A stretch of DNA of 64,000 nt. Source: a virus (taxonomy: Duplodnaviria > Caudoviricetes). The position numbers and the translations under genes were made by a program. Positions 49,610-57,682 of the stretch are shown in pieces. The notes under the pieces were generated by a model that was not told the origin of the DNA, did not search any database, and saw only the letters and a list, made by a program, of their open reading frames with translations. Numbering within the stretch: position 1 is the stretch's first letter; every line of letters starts with the position of its first letter. The stretch lies in IMG/VR virus record IMGVR_UViG_3300022666_000111. The stretch is one strand, 5' to 3'.

Positions 49610-50409
49610 ACGATGACATTCGCGCGGTTCTTGAAGGCCGCGCTATGTGGTGCGTAGTCACCGCAGAGTCTTTGTCGGTCTTGTCCGATTTACCAGACGG
49701 TGCTGCTGACCACATCATCACTGATCCTCCCTATGACGCGCACACGCATGAGAACGCTTCGACTTGGACGAGCGCTACCGGGTGTGCCGTACACATTGAC
49801 ATCGACTTCCCTCCCCTTTCACCTGAGACCGTTGTGGAGTCATTTCTGCGCGTGTCACGCCGGTGGACCCTTGCCTTCTGCTCGTTCGAGATGCTTGGGG
49901 GCTACATCGATGCGGCGGGCAAGGCGTGGATCCGTTGTGGGATCTATCGTCGAACCAACGGGGCACCTCAATTCACGGGGGATCGCCCGGCTCAAGCCGC
50001 CGAGGCTGTAGCGATCCTGCACAACCTCAAGGTCAAAAAGCGGTGGAACGGCGGTGGGCGGTGGGCCTTCTGGGAGAGCCCCGTAGAGAAGGCGGAGCGG
50101 TATCATCCGACGCAGAAGCCCTTGCCTCTTATGATGCAGCTCATTTCGCAATTCACGGATGTGGGGGAGGTCATCTTGGACCCCTTCTGCGGGGCAGGGA
50201 CGACGGGGGTTGCTGCGGTTCGTCAAGGGCGGCGGTTCATTGGGGTTGAGCTTCAGGAGAAGTATGCCGAATCGGCTCGTAAGCGGATCGCGCGAGCGGA
50301 GGAGGAGTACAAGGACGAGGTTGAGCAGAGGCGTCTCTTCGAGGCAGCCATGGCAGCCTCAGAGGAATTTCAACGAGATCTCTACAGCTTGGTCATGTCG
50401 GAGGAATAG
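49606..50409 (+). CDS. DNA N6-A/N4-C methyltransferase (beta class)
   Basis: TDPPY, HPTQKP, ILDPFCGAGTT. Confidence 0.92.
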   Translation: MNDDIRAVLEGRAMWCVVTAESLSVLSDLPDGAADHIITDPPYDAHTHENASTWTSATGCAVHIDIDFPPLSPETVVESFLRVSRRWTLAFCSFEMLGGYIDAAGKAWIRCGIYRRTNGAPQFTGDRPAQAAEAVAILHNLKVKKRWNGGGRWAFWESPVEKAERYHPTQKPLPLMMQLISQFTDVGEVILDPFCGAGTTGVAAVRQGRRFIGVELQEKYAESARKRIARAEEEYKDEVEQRRLFEAAMAASEEFQRDLYSLVMSEE

Positions 50410-50973
50410 ATGGCTGGTAGCCTTCTCACGCAGTCCCTTGTTCGGTTCGTCAATCCGGACGTCCCTGGGTTCCAGGTACCGTTCAACATGCTCGTCAATG
50501 GCGTCAAGTGGTCCTTGGCCACAGACCGTAGCTGTGTGGTTGCCGTCAAGGGGTGGGGGGACTACAAGCAACCCGTCTGGGAGGAGTCACGGCAAGCAAA
50601 TCGCATCGAGGTCTTCACGGCCTACTTGAATGCGACGGTCCCCGAGGGCGCTATCTCGGTGCCCTTGGTGGACCTCGTTACTTGGGCGACGCAGCCGTGC
50701 GAGAACAACTACGTCATTGGGAGGGTCCTTGGCTTGCCGATGGATACACGACGGCTGGCGAAGATCCTCCAAGACCTTCCATTCAAGACGGTTCACATTT
50801 GGGATGCCTCCGAAGTAACGAAAGTCATGTGCCTCGGGATCAGCGCCGGTGGCGGAAGCTGGAAGGCTTTTCTAGCAGGATTTCCTCTCGACGAGGAAGG
50901 TGACACGGCGGATGTCGAAGACTTCGATCCGACGTGTCAGCAGGATATCTTTTCGATCGCGATGTCTAGTTGA
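50410..50973 (+). CDS. hypothetical protein
   Basis: 187-aa ORF with GGAGG RBS; ends QDIFSIAMSS. Confidence 0.65.
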   Translation: MAGSLLTQSLVRFVNPDVPGFQVPFNMLVNGVKWSLATDRSCVVAVKGWGDYKQPVWEESRQANRIEVFTAYLNATVPEGAISVPLVDLVTWATQPCENNYVIGRVLGLPMDTRRLAKILQDLPFKTVHIWDASEVTKVMCLGISAGGGSWKAFLAGFPLDEEGDTADVEDFDPTCQQDIFSIAMSS

Positions 50974-51256
50974 TGAAGTCGTCATCGGCGACGATCCGCC
51001 GCGCCTCTTTGACCAACGCCAGCTTCTCTTGCTTCGTGAGCTTCTTGATAGCTGCCTCACGGCGCAACGCCGTTGACTTGTCCCCGAACATCTCCGCATA
51101 GACGACCTTCCATGGACGCCCCGATCGCGTAGCCTTGGCGCCGCCTACAAGCTCTCCGTTGTGCTGCCTCACGCGTCGGACCAGGTTCGTCGTTGTCCCC
51201 GTGTAGAAGCGCCCGTGCGCGCTTTGGAGGATGTAGACCGACCAGATGCCTACCAT
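50966..51256 (-). CDS. GIY-YIG nuclease (SLX1/YhbQ-like)
   Basis: VYILQ...FYTGTT..LVRRVRQHNG...GAKAT..GRPW. Confidence 0.88.
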   Translation of the reverse strand: MVGIWSVYILQSAHGRFYTGTTTNLVRRVRQHNGELVGGAKATRSGRPWKVVYAEMFGDKSTALRREAAIKKLTKQEKLALVKEARRIVADDDFIN

Positions 51257-51858
51257 GTAAGGTCCCCCTCGAGCTTCTTTTGACGCAATGTGGCTATGAT
51301 GTGGGGGCCTCGTGCAATGGAAGCGTAGAGGCCCCCCGCCCAGCGCTTGCGATCGTAGTCGTTCTGGTCGAGGAGAGCGCGTTGACGGCGTGTCTCGATG
51401 TTCTTGGCGGCGGATGCCTTCATGGCGTCGCGATGCTCTCCCCAGTATGGTGCGTGGGACATGACCCACACGGAGTAATCGACGAAGCCCTCCTCGTAGA
51501 AGGGATCGCCTTCGGGGAAATGCGCAAGGGATGCGTGGGTTAGCTCGTGCGTGAGCTTCTCGAGGATCATGCCGGGCTTACCGTCAACGACGGAGGAAAG
51601 CGCGATCCGTCCGTTTGAAGCGAAGGACGCGTTGGCCCCTGCTGAATGAAAGCCATCCGGCATGAATTCGATCTCTTCAAGGGGTTCGGTCTGGTAGTGC
51701 CCAAGCGCCTCCCGGACGAAGGCATAGCAACGGGGCGCCCAGGCTTCGACGAAGGCGTTGCTTTCAGGGCTTAGGCAACGGCAAATGAAGCGCTTTGGCG
51801 CGGGGTTGGCGGCGAAGGACGCGCGCCGGAGGTCATGGAGGGCTTGCTTGGGGAACAT
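51250..51858 (-). CDS. zincin-like metalloprotein
   Basis: LTHELTH...EEGFVDY. Confidence 0.65.
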   Translation of the reverse strand: MFPKQALHDLRRASFAANPAPKRFICRCLSPESNAFVEAWAPRCYAFVREALGHYQTEPLEEIEFMPDGFHSAGANASFASNGRIALSSVVDGKPGMILEKLTHELTHASLAHFPEGDPFYEEGFVDYSVWVMSHAPYWGEHRDAMKASAAKNIETRRQRALLDQNDYDRKRWAGGLYASIARGPHIIATLRQKKLEGDLTW

Positions 51859-52209
51859 CAACCAAGCCTACGGCAAAAGTACAAACGCGGAGCCCTATAA
51901 AGAGGCTGGATCTCAGAAATCGACATGGTCGTGAATATTTCTTCTTGCTCATGCGTCTGGCATGGTGTAGACGTGAGAGAGTCATGAAACGCGAACACCA
52001 GACAACCTGCTCAACCATGCGACGCGAAGCGTTGCAGCAAGGCGCCGCTTGGCTCCTTACGGGCGGAGCATATCTGGATTCGCATGTCAGCCCCACCTCC
52101 ATTAAGTTCGAAAATCCGGAGGTGGGAGCATAGGGCGGCAATAGCGAGACTGATTAACGCGAAAGCCGCCCGGGAACGAGGCGGCTTTCTTGCTTTTAGG
52201 AGATCTGGC

Positions 52210-52581
52210 TTGGGAAAGAAGACGCACTACTTGACGCAAATCGATCCTGTTACATCAACCGGATCTTGTGCATCATGCGGTGCAGACGTACCTATACGCT
52301 TCCGTAGAAGCACTGGGCGTTGGGTGTGTCAAGGGCAGGATAAGCGAACAAGCCACAAGGAAAGCTCCTGGACTGCAACCAGGGCACAACTTGCGGCAGA
52401 CCAGGGCAACCAGTGTGCTATCTGCGGAAAGGATCGACCACTAGTTCTTGATCACTGCCATAAGACCGGAAAGATCCGGGCAGCCTTGTGTGGCGCCTGT
52501 AACTCGGGTCTTGGTATGTTTCAAGACGACCCAGATGTTCTGTGTAAAGCCCTGGCGTATGTACTGAAGCACAAGGATTAG
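52210..52581 (+). CDS. endonuclease VII-like nuclease
   Basis: QGNQCAICG..LVLDHCHKTGKIRAALCGACNSGLG; start approximate. Confidence 0.85.
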   Translation: MGKKTHYLTQIDPVTSTGSCASCGADVPIRFRRSTGRWVCQGQDKRTSHKESSWTATRAQLAADQGNQCAICGKDRPLVLDHCHKTGKIRAALCGACNSGLGMFQDDPDVLCKALAYVLKHKD

Positions 52582-52586
52582 GTTTT

Positions 52587-52672
52587 GGGGTACTAGCCCG
52601 TTATGGAGACGGTTCGCGCTGTAAACGCGACGGCCCTTGAGGTCCAGCAGGGTTCGATTCCCTGGTGCCCCA
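52587..52672 (+). tRNA. tRNA-Tyr(GUA)
   Basis: cloverleaf; TCGCG-CTGTAAA-CGCGA; long variable arm. Confidence 0.85.
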
Positions 52673-52739
52673 CTAGAAGGACGGTGTAGTGATGAACGCA
52701 AGGTTGAAACGCACGGGTTGCAAGCCCTGTCTCAAGCAA

Positions 52740-52811
52740 GGGAGGTTGGCGTCAAGGTGACGCAGCGGGCTTTTAACCCGAGAGAGGCCGGTTCGATTCC
52801 GGTGCCTCCCA
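52740..52811 (+). tRNA. tRNA-Lys(UUU)
   Basis: cloverleaf; loop CTTTTAA. Confidence 0.85.
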
Positions 52812-52858
52812 CGAGTTCAGGGTCAAGACGGCCAAGGATCGCAACAGTAGGCGTTATC

Positions 52859-52932
52859 GGGATCGTAGCACAACTGGTTGTGCAAGCGGCTCTTAACCGC
52901 GAGGTTGGCGGGTTCAAATCCCCCCGATCCCA
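52859..52932 (+). tRNA. tRNA-Lys(CUU)
   Basis: cloverleaf; loop CTCTTAA. Confidence 0.85.
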
Positions 52933-53038
52933 CTAGGAAAGGATGAAGATGTCAACGTATCCAGGTAGCAATGGCGGCAAGTGGCAGTAGGTTTAGAATC
53001 CCCTTGATGGTTCTAAGCCAGGGTAGCACACTGGCTGA

Positions 53039-53479
53039 ATGAAGACGTGTACGGCTTGCGGCAGATCCAAGGTAGAGAGCGAGTTCAGTCGAAATAGGAC
53101 CAAAAAGGACGGGCTGCAATGCCGGTGTAAGGAATGCAGTAGATCGGTCGCCAAGGACCACTACACGAACAACACGAACTACTACAAGGAAAGGAACAAG
53201 ACCGCGCGAAAGAGACTGCTGGACACGGTGCAACAGATCAAGGATCGCCCTTGCCAGGATTGTGGTGGCAGCTTCCCTCCCTATGTGATGGATTTTGACC
53301 ATCGAGATGGTACAACCAAGACGGGTGGTATAGCATCCCTCGTCAAGCATCTTGGGTCGATACAGCAGGTTCTTCTGGAGGTGTCCAAATGTGATGTCGT
53401 GTGCGCCAACTGCCACCGTATCCGGACACATGCGCGACTTTCGGGAGCTTGTACGAAATCGTCAAAGCGTTTCAAGTAA
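53039..53479 (+). CDS. HNH-type endonuclease with N-terminal Zn finger
   Basis: CTACG...CKEC; MDFDH...KCDVVCANCHRIRT. Confidence 0.85.
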   Translation: MKTCTACGRSKVESEFSRNRTKKDGLQCRCKECSRSVAKDHYTNNTNYYKERNKTARKRLLDTVQQIKDRPCQDCGGSFPPYVMDFDHRDGTTKTGGIASLVKHLGSIQQVLLEVSKCDVVCANCHRIRTHARLSGACTKSSKRFK

Positions 53480-53480
53480 T

Positions 53481-53551
53481 TGAGGCATCGTCCAATGGTA
53501 GGACACCCGGCTCTGACCCGGTGAATTTAGGTTCAACTCCTTATGCCTCAG
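53481..53551 (+). tRNA. tRNA-Gln(CUG)
   Basis: cloverleaf; loop CTCTGAC. Confidence 0.85.
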
Positions 53552-53777
53552 CCGAGCCTCGCAAGAGGCACGATCCTTGACAATCCGACAGGACTTTGGG
53601 TCGCTTGACCACGGCGAGGTGATGCTCGTCGAAACGCGCCTCCTCCATTCGAGTGGATTTCGTACACGGGGGAGAATCGCAGGCCAAGAAGCCCTCTCCT
53701 GATGTCCATGTAGTAAAGCGCGGGGGTAACGCCCCGCGTTGCATCAAACGGGGACCCCTTGCGGGGTCCCCACCTAT

Positions 53778-53849
53778 TCCTGGGTCGCTCAATGGTAGAG
53801 CATGCGGCTGTTAACCGCACATGTGGGGGTTCGATTCCCTCCCCAGGAG
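53778..53849 (+). tRNA. tRNA-Asn(GUU)
   Basis: cloverleaf; loop CTGTTAA. Confidence 0.9.
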
Positions 53850-53934
53850 CCGCAGCCTCGGCTGGTATTGCGTAAGCGTACCCTGTGGCTGCCCTTTCTT
53901 GTTGATCCTCGTCAACCACCGGCATAGGAGGGAC

Positions 53935-54102
53935 ATGCGTACCTACGTATCATGCAACTGCCGCTACTGTCGACGCTGCTCCACTGCGGTCCGCCGCATC
54001 CACAAGGATATGGCCCACCGCGCGATGCGCCGGGCTTCCAAGGAGGCGATTCGCAAGGGCACGGACGCGCCCTTGAGCGTCGCGACGGGCTACAAGGATT
54101 GA
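53935..54102 (+). CDS. small basic Cys-rich protein
   Basis: ATG 33 nt after TTGATC (53902). Confidence 0.55.
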   Translation: MRTYVSCNCRYCRRCSTAVRRIHKDMAHRAMRRASKEAIRKGTDAPLSVATGYKD

Positions 54103-54106
54103 AGGC

Positions 54107-54209
54107 GTAGGCCGCCTCATAGAGCCTCCTCACGGGCTCAAACCAAACGGGTAAGGATTGAGCCTCTGAACCCGGGAGGGACGTGAGAGGGCACTATGAG
54201 GCGGTCTGC
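54107..54209 (+). ncRNA. unknown structured RNA
   Basis: GGCCGCCTCATAG/CTATGAGGCGGTC and CTCACG/CGTGAG helices plus GGCTCAA/TTGAGCC hairpin. Confidence 0.55.
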
Positions 54210-54215
54210 AAACAT

Positions 54216-54288
54216 GCTGATGATGCTCGTAAGGACGAGCGCCGCATTCGTAAAGCGGACCAAGCGGGTTCGATTCCCGCCATCAGCT
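54216..54288 (+). tRNA. tRNA-Thr(CGU)
   Basis: cloverleaf; loop TTCGTAA. Confidence 0.85.
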
Positions 54289-54290
54289 CC

Positions 54291-54392
54291 GGTCGAATGA
54301 CCCTCGGGATTACACTATCCAAACCAGGCACGGGGGTTTAGTCACCCTCAAGCGGTGAAAATCCGCGCCAATCTCGGGACATCTTGTCGACC
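54291..54392 (+). ncRNA. Y-RNA-like element Y1
   Basis: GGTCGA-ATG...GGGATTACAC...AATCTCGGG...CTTG-TCGACC. Confidence 0.75.
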
Positions 54393-54396
54393 CTAC

Positions 54397-54468
54397 GGCC
54401 TTGTCTGCTAACGGTAGGCAACTAGGTTCTCACCCTAGAAATGCCGGGTTCAACTCCCGCCAAGGTCA
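54397..54468 (+). tRNA. tRNA-Glu(CUC)
   Basis: cloverleaf; loop TTCTCAC. Confidence 0.8.
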
Positions 54469-54470
54469 CC

Positions 54471-54543
54471 GACGCCGAATGCAGGTAGGAGTACATTCGA
54501 TTCGTACTCGACAAACCCTCTTACCGTCCCACTTGACGGCGTC
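54471..54543 (+). ncRNA. Y-RNA-like element Y2 (anticodon stem-loop cargo)
   Basis: GACGCCG-AATG...GGAGTACAT-TCGA[TTCGTAC]TCGA...CTTGA-CGGCGTC. Confidence 0.75.
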
Positions 54544-54548
54544 TATTT

Positions 54549-54619
54549 GGTTCTGTCGGCTAACAGTAAGCCATCCTCCCGGAGGGAGGGGAATGCAGGT
54601 TCATCTCCTGCCGGAGCCC
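54549..54619 (+). tRNA. atypical or pseudo tRNA
   Basis: cloverleaf with non-canonical anticodon loop CCGGAGG and T-loop TTCATCT. Confidence 0.45.
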
Positions 54620-54623
54620 CCAT

Positions 54624-54694
54624 GGTCCCATCGACTAGCGGTAGGTCACCACCCTTTCAAGGTGTGAACACGGGTTCGATTCCCGTTGGGATCG
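54624..54694 (+). tRNA. tRNA-Glu(UUC)
   Basis: cloverleaf; loop CTTTCAA. Confidence 0.9.
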
Positions 54695-54698
54695 CTAT

Positions 54699-54774
54699 GC
54701 CAGAGAAGCTCAAGCGGTAGAGCGACGGTCTGAAAAGCCGTGCGTAGTGGGTTCGACTCCCACCTCTGGCACCA
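54699..54774 (+). tRNA. tRNA-Phe(GAA)
   Basis: cloverleaf; loop CTGAAAA; encoded CCA. Confidence 0.9.
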
Positions 54775-54775
54775 A

Positions 54776-54915
54776 GTATCGAATGCGGTAGGGACTACAC
54801 GTCTCCCGCCACCCGCCCTTGAGGTCGCCTTCGAGGTCGGATGGGGAGATGCGTGAGCTACCCGGTTCCAACCCGGGCCAGCAGCGACATTGTCTTGGCC
54901 ACGTCTTGTCGATAC
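54776..54915 (+). ncRNA. Y-RNA-like element Y3
   Basis: GTATCGA-ATG...GGGACTACAC...GTCTT...CTTG-TCGATAC. Confidence 0.75.
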
Positions 54916-54919
54916 TCTT

Positions 54920-54991
54920 AGGTGCGTCATCCAACGGCTAGGATGCTGGTTTCCAACTCCAGTCATGAGGGTTCAAATCCTTCCGCGCCTG
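54920..54991 (+). tRNA. tRNA-Trp(CCA)
   Basis: cloverleaf; loop TTCCAAC. Confidence 0.75.
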
Positions 54992-54992
54992 C

Positions 54993-55144
54993 TGCGACGA
55001 ATGCTTGTGAGGATTACATTCCCTTCTAAGGACGTGGACCCTGTTCGAATCAGGGCTGGGGCACCAAGGCGCAAGCCTAGCAACATGCCTCGGAGGTGTA
55101 CTGGCTGCACACGAAAACAGTCTTCGCGCCTCTTTGTCGTCGCA
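54993..55144 (+). ncRNA. Y-RNA-like element Y4 (permuted tRNA-Arg(UCU) cargo)
   Basis: TGCGACGA-ATG...CTTCTAA, T-arm, CTGGGGC-ACCA, linker, GCCTCGG, D-arm...TTTG-TCGTCGCA. Confidence 0.8.
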
Positions 55145-55149
55145 ACAAC

Positions 55150-55377
55150 TTCACCGAATGCCTTGAGGGTCTACACTCAAATGAGGCCGGTTTCGTTCAA
55201 GAGCTGGTGCTATGTTGGTGGCACCGAGTCAACACGCAGTAGCTTTGACTCCCAGAGGGTGGGCTTAGAGGCAGCCATCCCTTAAAGAAAGCGTAGCAGC
55301 TCACTGGGATAGCCAGACGTGAAGGCCGCTCTTGGCCGGACTGGTTTAACACTGACTCTCGCACATTTGTCGGTGGA
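55150..55377 (+). ncRNA. Y-RNA-like element Y5 carrying a 23S rRNA L11-binding domain mimic
   Basis: TTCACCGA-ATG...GAGGGTC-TACAC...GACTCTC...TTTG-TCGGTGGA. Confidence 0.75.
55251..55308 (+). other. 58-nt mimic of 23S rRNA H43/H44 (nt 1051-1108)
   Basis: CCCAGAGGGTGGGCTTAGAGGCAGCCATCCCTTAAAGAAAGCGTAGCAGCTCACTGGG. Confidence 0.88.
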
Positions 55378-55411
55378 AAGGGCCAACCTCCCAACAAGGG
55401 CAGGCCCACAT

Positions 55412-55487
55412 CGGGGTGATGGCTTGTTGGTAAGCCGCCAGTTTTGGGTACTGGAACTTGGGGGTTCGACTCCCCCCATCCCGACCA
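55412..55487 (+). tRNA. tRNA-Pro(UGG)
   Basis: cloverleaf; loop TTTGGGT; encoded CCA. Confidence 0.85.
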
Positions 55488-55491
55488 TCAT

Positions 55492-55566
55492 CAGGGTGTG
55501 GCTCAGCCTGGCAAGAGCGCCACGTTGGGGACGTGGAGATCGGCGGTTCAAATCCGCCCATCCTGA
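55492..55566 (+). tRNA. tRNA-Pro(GGG)
   Basis: cloverleaf; loop TTGGGGA. Confidence 0.9.
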
Positions 55567-55628
55567 CTACGGTTGGTTCACCGACCACTTTCTCATTGAT
55601 CAGTCCTGGGACGCGGCATACTAGGATC

Positions 55629-56027
55629 ATGGAAAGCATCAAGACTACCGTAACCAACCTCACCAACGACCTCATCGCCAACGTATCCAAGGCGGACACC
55701 CGCGATTGGTACGAGGATAAGCCCTCTTGGGAAGAGATGATGTCCTTGCGCGACCGGCTCTACATTGAATCCGACTCGGTCGAAGCCACAAGAAAGTATC
55801 TCGAGGCATCCATAGTAAACCTTGAGGATCTCGACGGTATGGATCCCCTCGCGGATCTCTTGTGTCAAGCGCACGCCTTGGCCCCCTCCCTTGCGGATAT
55901 GGTTGTCACGATCAAGGCGACCCTGACGCTACTTGCGGCTGAAATCGACGCGATCGAAGACGCTATGGAGACCGTTCGCAAGGCTTACGCGCACCTTCCC
56001 GAGGGTGCAGGTTCCGATACCAACTAA
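55629..56027 (+). CDS. hypothetical protein
   Basis: ATG 33 nt after TTGATC (55596). Confidence 0.6.
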   Translation: MESIKTTVTNLTNDLIANVSKADTRDWYEDKPSWEEMMSLRDRLYIESDSVEATRKYLEASIVNLEDLDGMDPLADLLCQAHALAPSLADMVVTIKATLTLLAAEIDAIEDAMETVRKAYAHLPEGAGSDTN

Positions 56028-56055
56028 CGGTCAAATGGTGTAGATTCCCCTCACC

Positions 56056-56385
56056 ATGGGAATCTACACCAACGCCATCCGCGCTTTAAGGCGCGGCAAG
56101 ACCGTCGAAGTCGAAGTCACCAGCAGCAACCTCGCCCCCAGATTTCCCCAAGGAACCAAGCTGACTCTCTTCCCCCCGAAGGAGACGACGGTCTTCTCCG
56201 TTGGGGACGTCCTTCTCTACCGTGACGGTGACCGCGATAGGCTTCTCTTCGTGAAGGCCGTCTCGGTTGGACGGTTGAAGCTAGGCACCACCACGAAGAA
56301 CCTCGAGGGCTGGGCGGCGCGATCAAGTGTTTTGGGGTATGCGAATCTCGTCGTTCTAGACGGTGACGGTAGCAAGATCAAGTGA
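56056..56385 (+). CDS. S24/S26 peptidase-like fold protein, probably inactive
   Basis: VEVTSSNLAPRF...SVGDVLLY...EGW....VLG. Confidence 0.45.
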   Translation: MGIYTNAIRALRRGKTVEVEVTSSNLAPRFPQGTKLTLFPPKETTVFSVGDVLLYRDGDRDRLLFVKAVSVGRLKLGTTTKNLEGWAARSSVLGYANLVVLDGDGSKIK

Positions 56386-56634
56386 TCCCTTTGGGCCTTC
56401 GATGACGCCGTCCTCGTTGACGGGCCAACCCTTTTGAAGCGCAAGGCGAAGGATCTCGGTGAGGTCACCTCGCTTGGCGACCATCTTGTCGGCGATGTCC
56501 TTGGCTACGCCTCCGCTTACGCCGACGCCTCGGATGAGTTCCATGATTCGATTGCGCTTGGTCTCGGGCTTCTCCTTGTAGAGGGATGCCGCATAGCGCC
56601 GAGCGACTCGTTTTGCTATGGCATTCGTGTCCAT
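56356..56634 (-). CDS. hypothetical protein with N-terminal RVARRY motif
   Basis: 92-aa ORF. Confidence 0.6.
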   Translation of the reverse strand: MDTNAIAKRVARRYAASLYKEKPETKRNRIMELIRGVGVSGGVAKDIADKMVAKRGDLTEILRLALQKGWPVNEDGVIEGPKGSLDLATVTV

Positions 56635-56680
56635 GACATTTCCTGCCCATAAGGGCTTTCTCCTTCTAGATGAGGATCAG

Positions 56681-57190
56681 ATGAAAATCACCGGCTACAA
56701 GCTCCGTGAGGCAATCAAGCAGCAAGAGCTGCTGCGGGACACAGCAGCCAGCATGTTCGATGACACCCTCAAGGTCTTCCCCGGGGAGACCAAGTCGGCT
56801 CCGCAGGACGTTGTCAAGGCGTTTCTTGTTGCCGAGACCAACGTAGCAAAGCTCCAGACCGCGCAGATGCGGTTCAACCTGGCCGTCAAGGTTGACATCC
56901 TCGGTGAGAAGATGAGCCTGGCCGAGGCGATCAAGCGGGTTGGCGGGCAAGGCCGCGTCGAGAAGATGTGGCGGTCAGCGGCGAACAGCAAGCGCAAGGA
57001 CCGCTACGGCTACGACGACGATGAGCTTGACCCCACCAAGGTGCGGTCGACCCTGACGATCACTCCGGATGCCGCCGTGAAGCTCGCCTCTTCGGCCGGT
57101 CGTGTTGCTGGCGCCTACCGGGCAGCCATCGCAACGGCCAACGCCCAAGAGGTTGACATTGAAGACGTGACCCCCGAGCTTTTCGAGTAA
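56681..57190 (+). CDS. hypothetical helical protein
   Basis: GAGGA RBS; KMSLAEAIK. Confidence 0.7.
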   Translation: MKITGYKLREAIKQQELLRDTAASMFDDTLKVFPGETKSAPQDVVKAFLVAETNVAKLQTAQMRFNLAVKVDILGEKMSLAEAIKRVGGQGRVEKMWRSAANSKRKDRYGYDDDELDPTKVRSTLTITPDAAVKLASSAGRVAGAYRAAIATANAQEVDIEDVTPELFE

Positions 57191-57434
57191 GGGGTCCAAG
57201 ACTTGGCGGGCTACCCCGCCGCACGGCTTGTCCGTGAAAGAGGCTCCGGCCTCGGTAGCACGATCAGGGTGCATAACCAATTAGGCTAGAGATAGCCTGG
57301 AACGACATTACAACGATGACGATCCCCTACTTCTTCTCGGAAGCTCTTGGGTCGATTGCTTGGCGCCGGGGCGGAAACCTCGGGGGCAACGTTGTCGTAC
57401 AGTCACTCCTTGCTCCTGTTGCCCTGATCATCAT

Positions 57435-57519
57435 GCGGACGTGGCGTAACTAGGCAGCCGCGACAGGTTGAGGGCCTGTTGGGAGAAATCCCGTGGAGGT
57501 TCAATTCCTCTCGTCCGCA
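57435..57519 (+). tRNA. tRNA-Leu(GAG)
   Basis: class II cloverleaf; loop TTGAGGG. Confidence 0.9.
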
Positions 57520-57522
57520 CTA

Positions 57523-57585
57523 CCTCGAATGCTTGTTGGGAGTACATTTGCGAACATGACCCTCTCAACGAATCCCTTGTCGAGG
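57523..57585 (+). ncRNA. Y-RNA-like element Y6 (minimal)
   Basis: CCTCGA-ATG...GTTGGGAG-TACAT...CTCTCAAC...CTTG-TCGAGG. Confidence 0.75.
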
Positions 57586-57592
57586 CTAACTT

Positions 57593-57677
57593 GCGGTCGT
57601 GGCGTAATGGCAGCCGCGCCAGACTCAGGCTCTGGTGGGGTTAAAACCCCGTGGAGGTTCAATTCCTCTCGACCGCA
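57593..57677 (+). tRNA. tRNA-Leu(CAG)
   Basis: class II cloverleaf; loop CTCAGGC. Confidence 0.9.
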
Positions 57678-57682
57678 CTAGT

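Noticed and set aside
52695-52732. tRNA-Cys-like arm (ACGGG-TTGCAAG-CCCTGT)
   Set aside because: No T-arm or acceptor stem found; at most a remnant.
55251-55308. A genuine rRNA gene
   Set aside because: Only 58 nt match and the flanks are not rRNA, so it is reported as a mimic.
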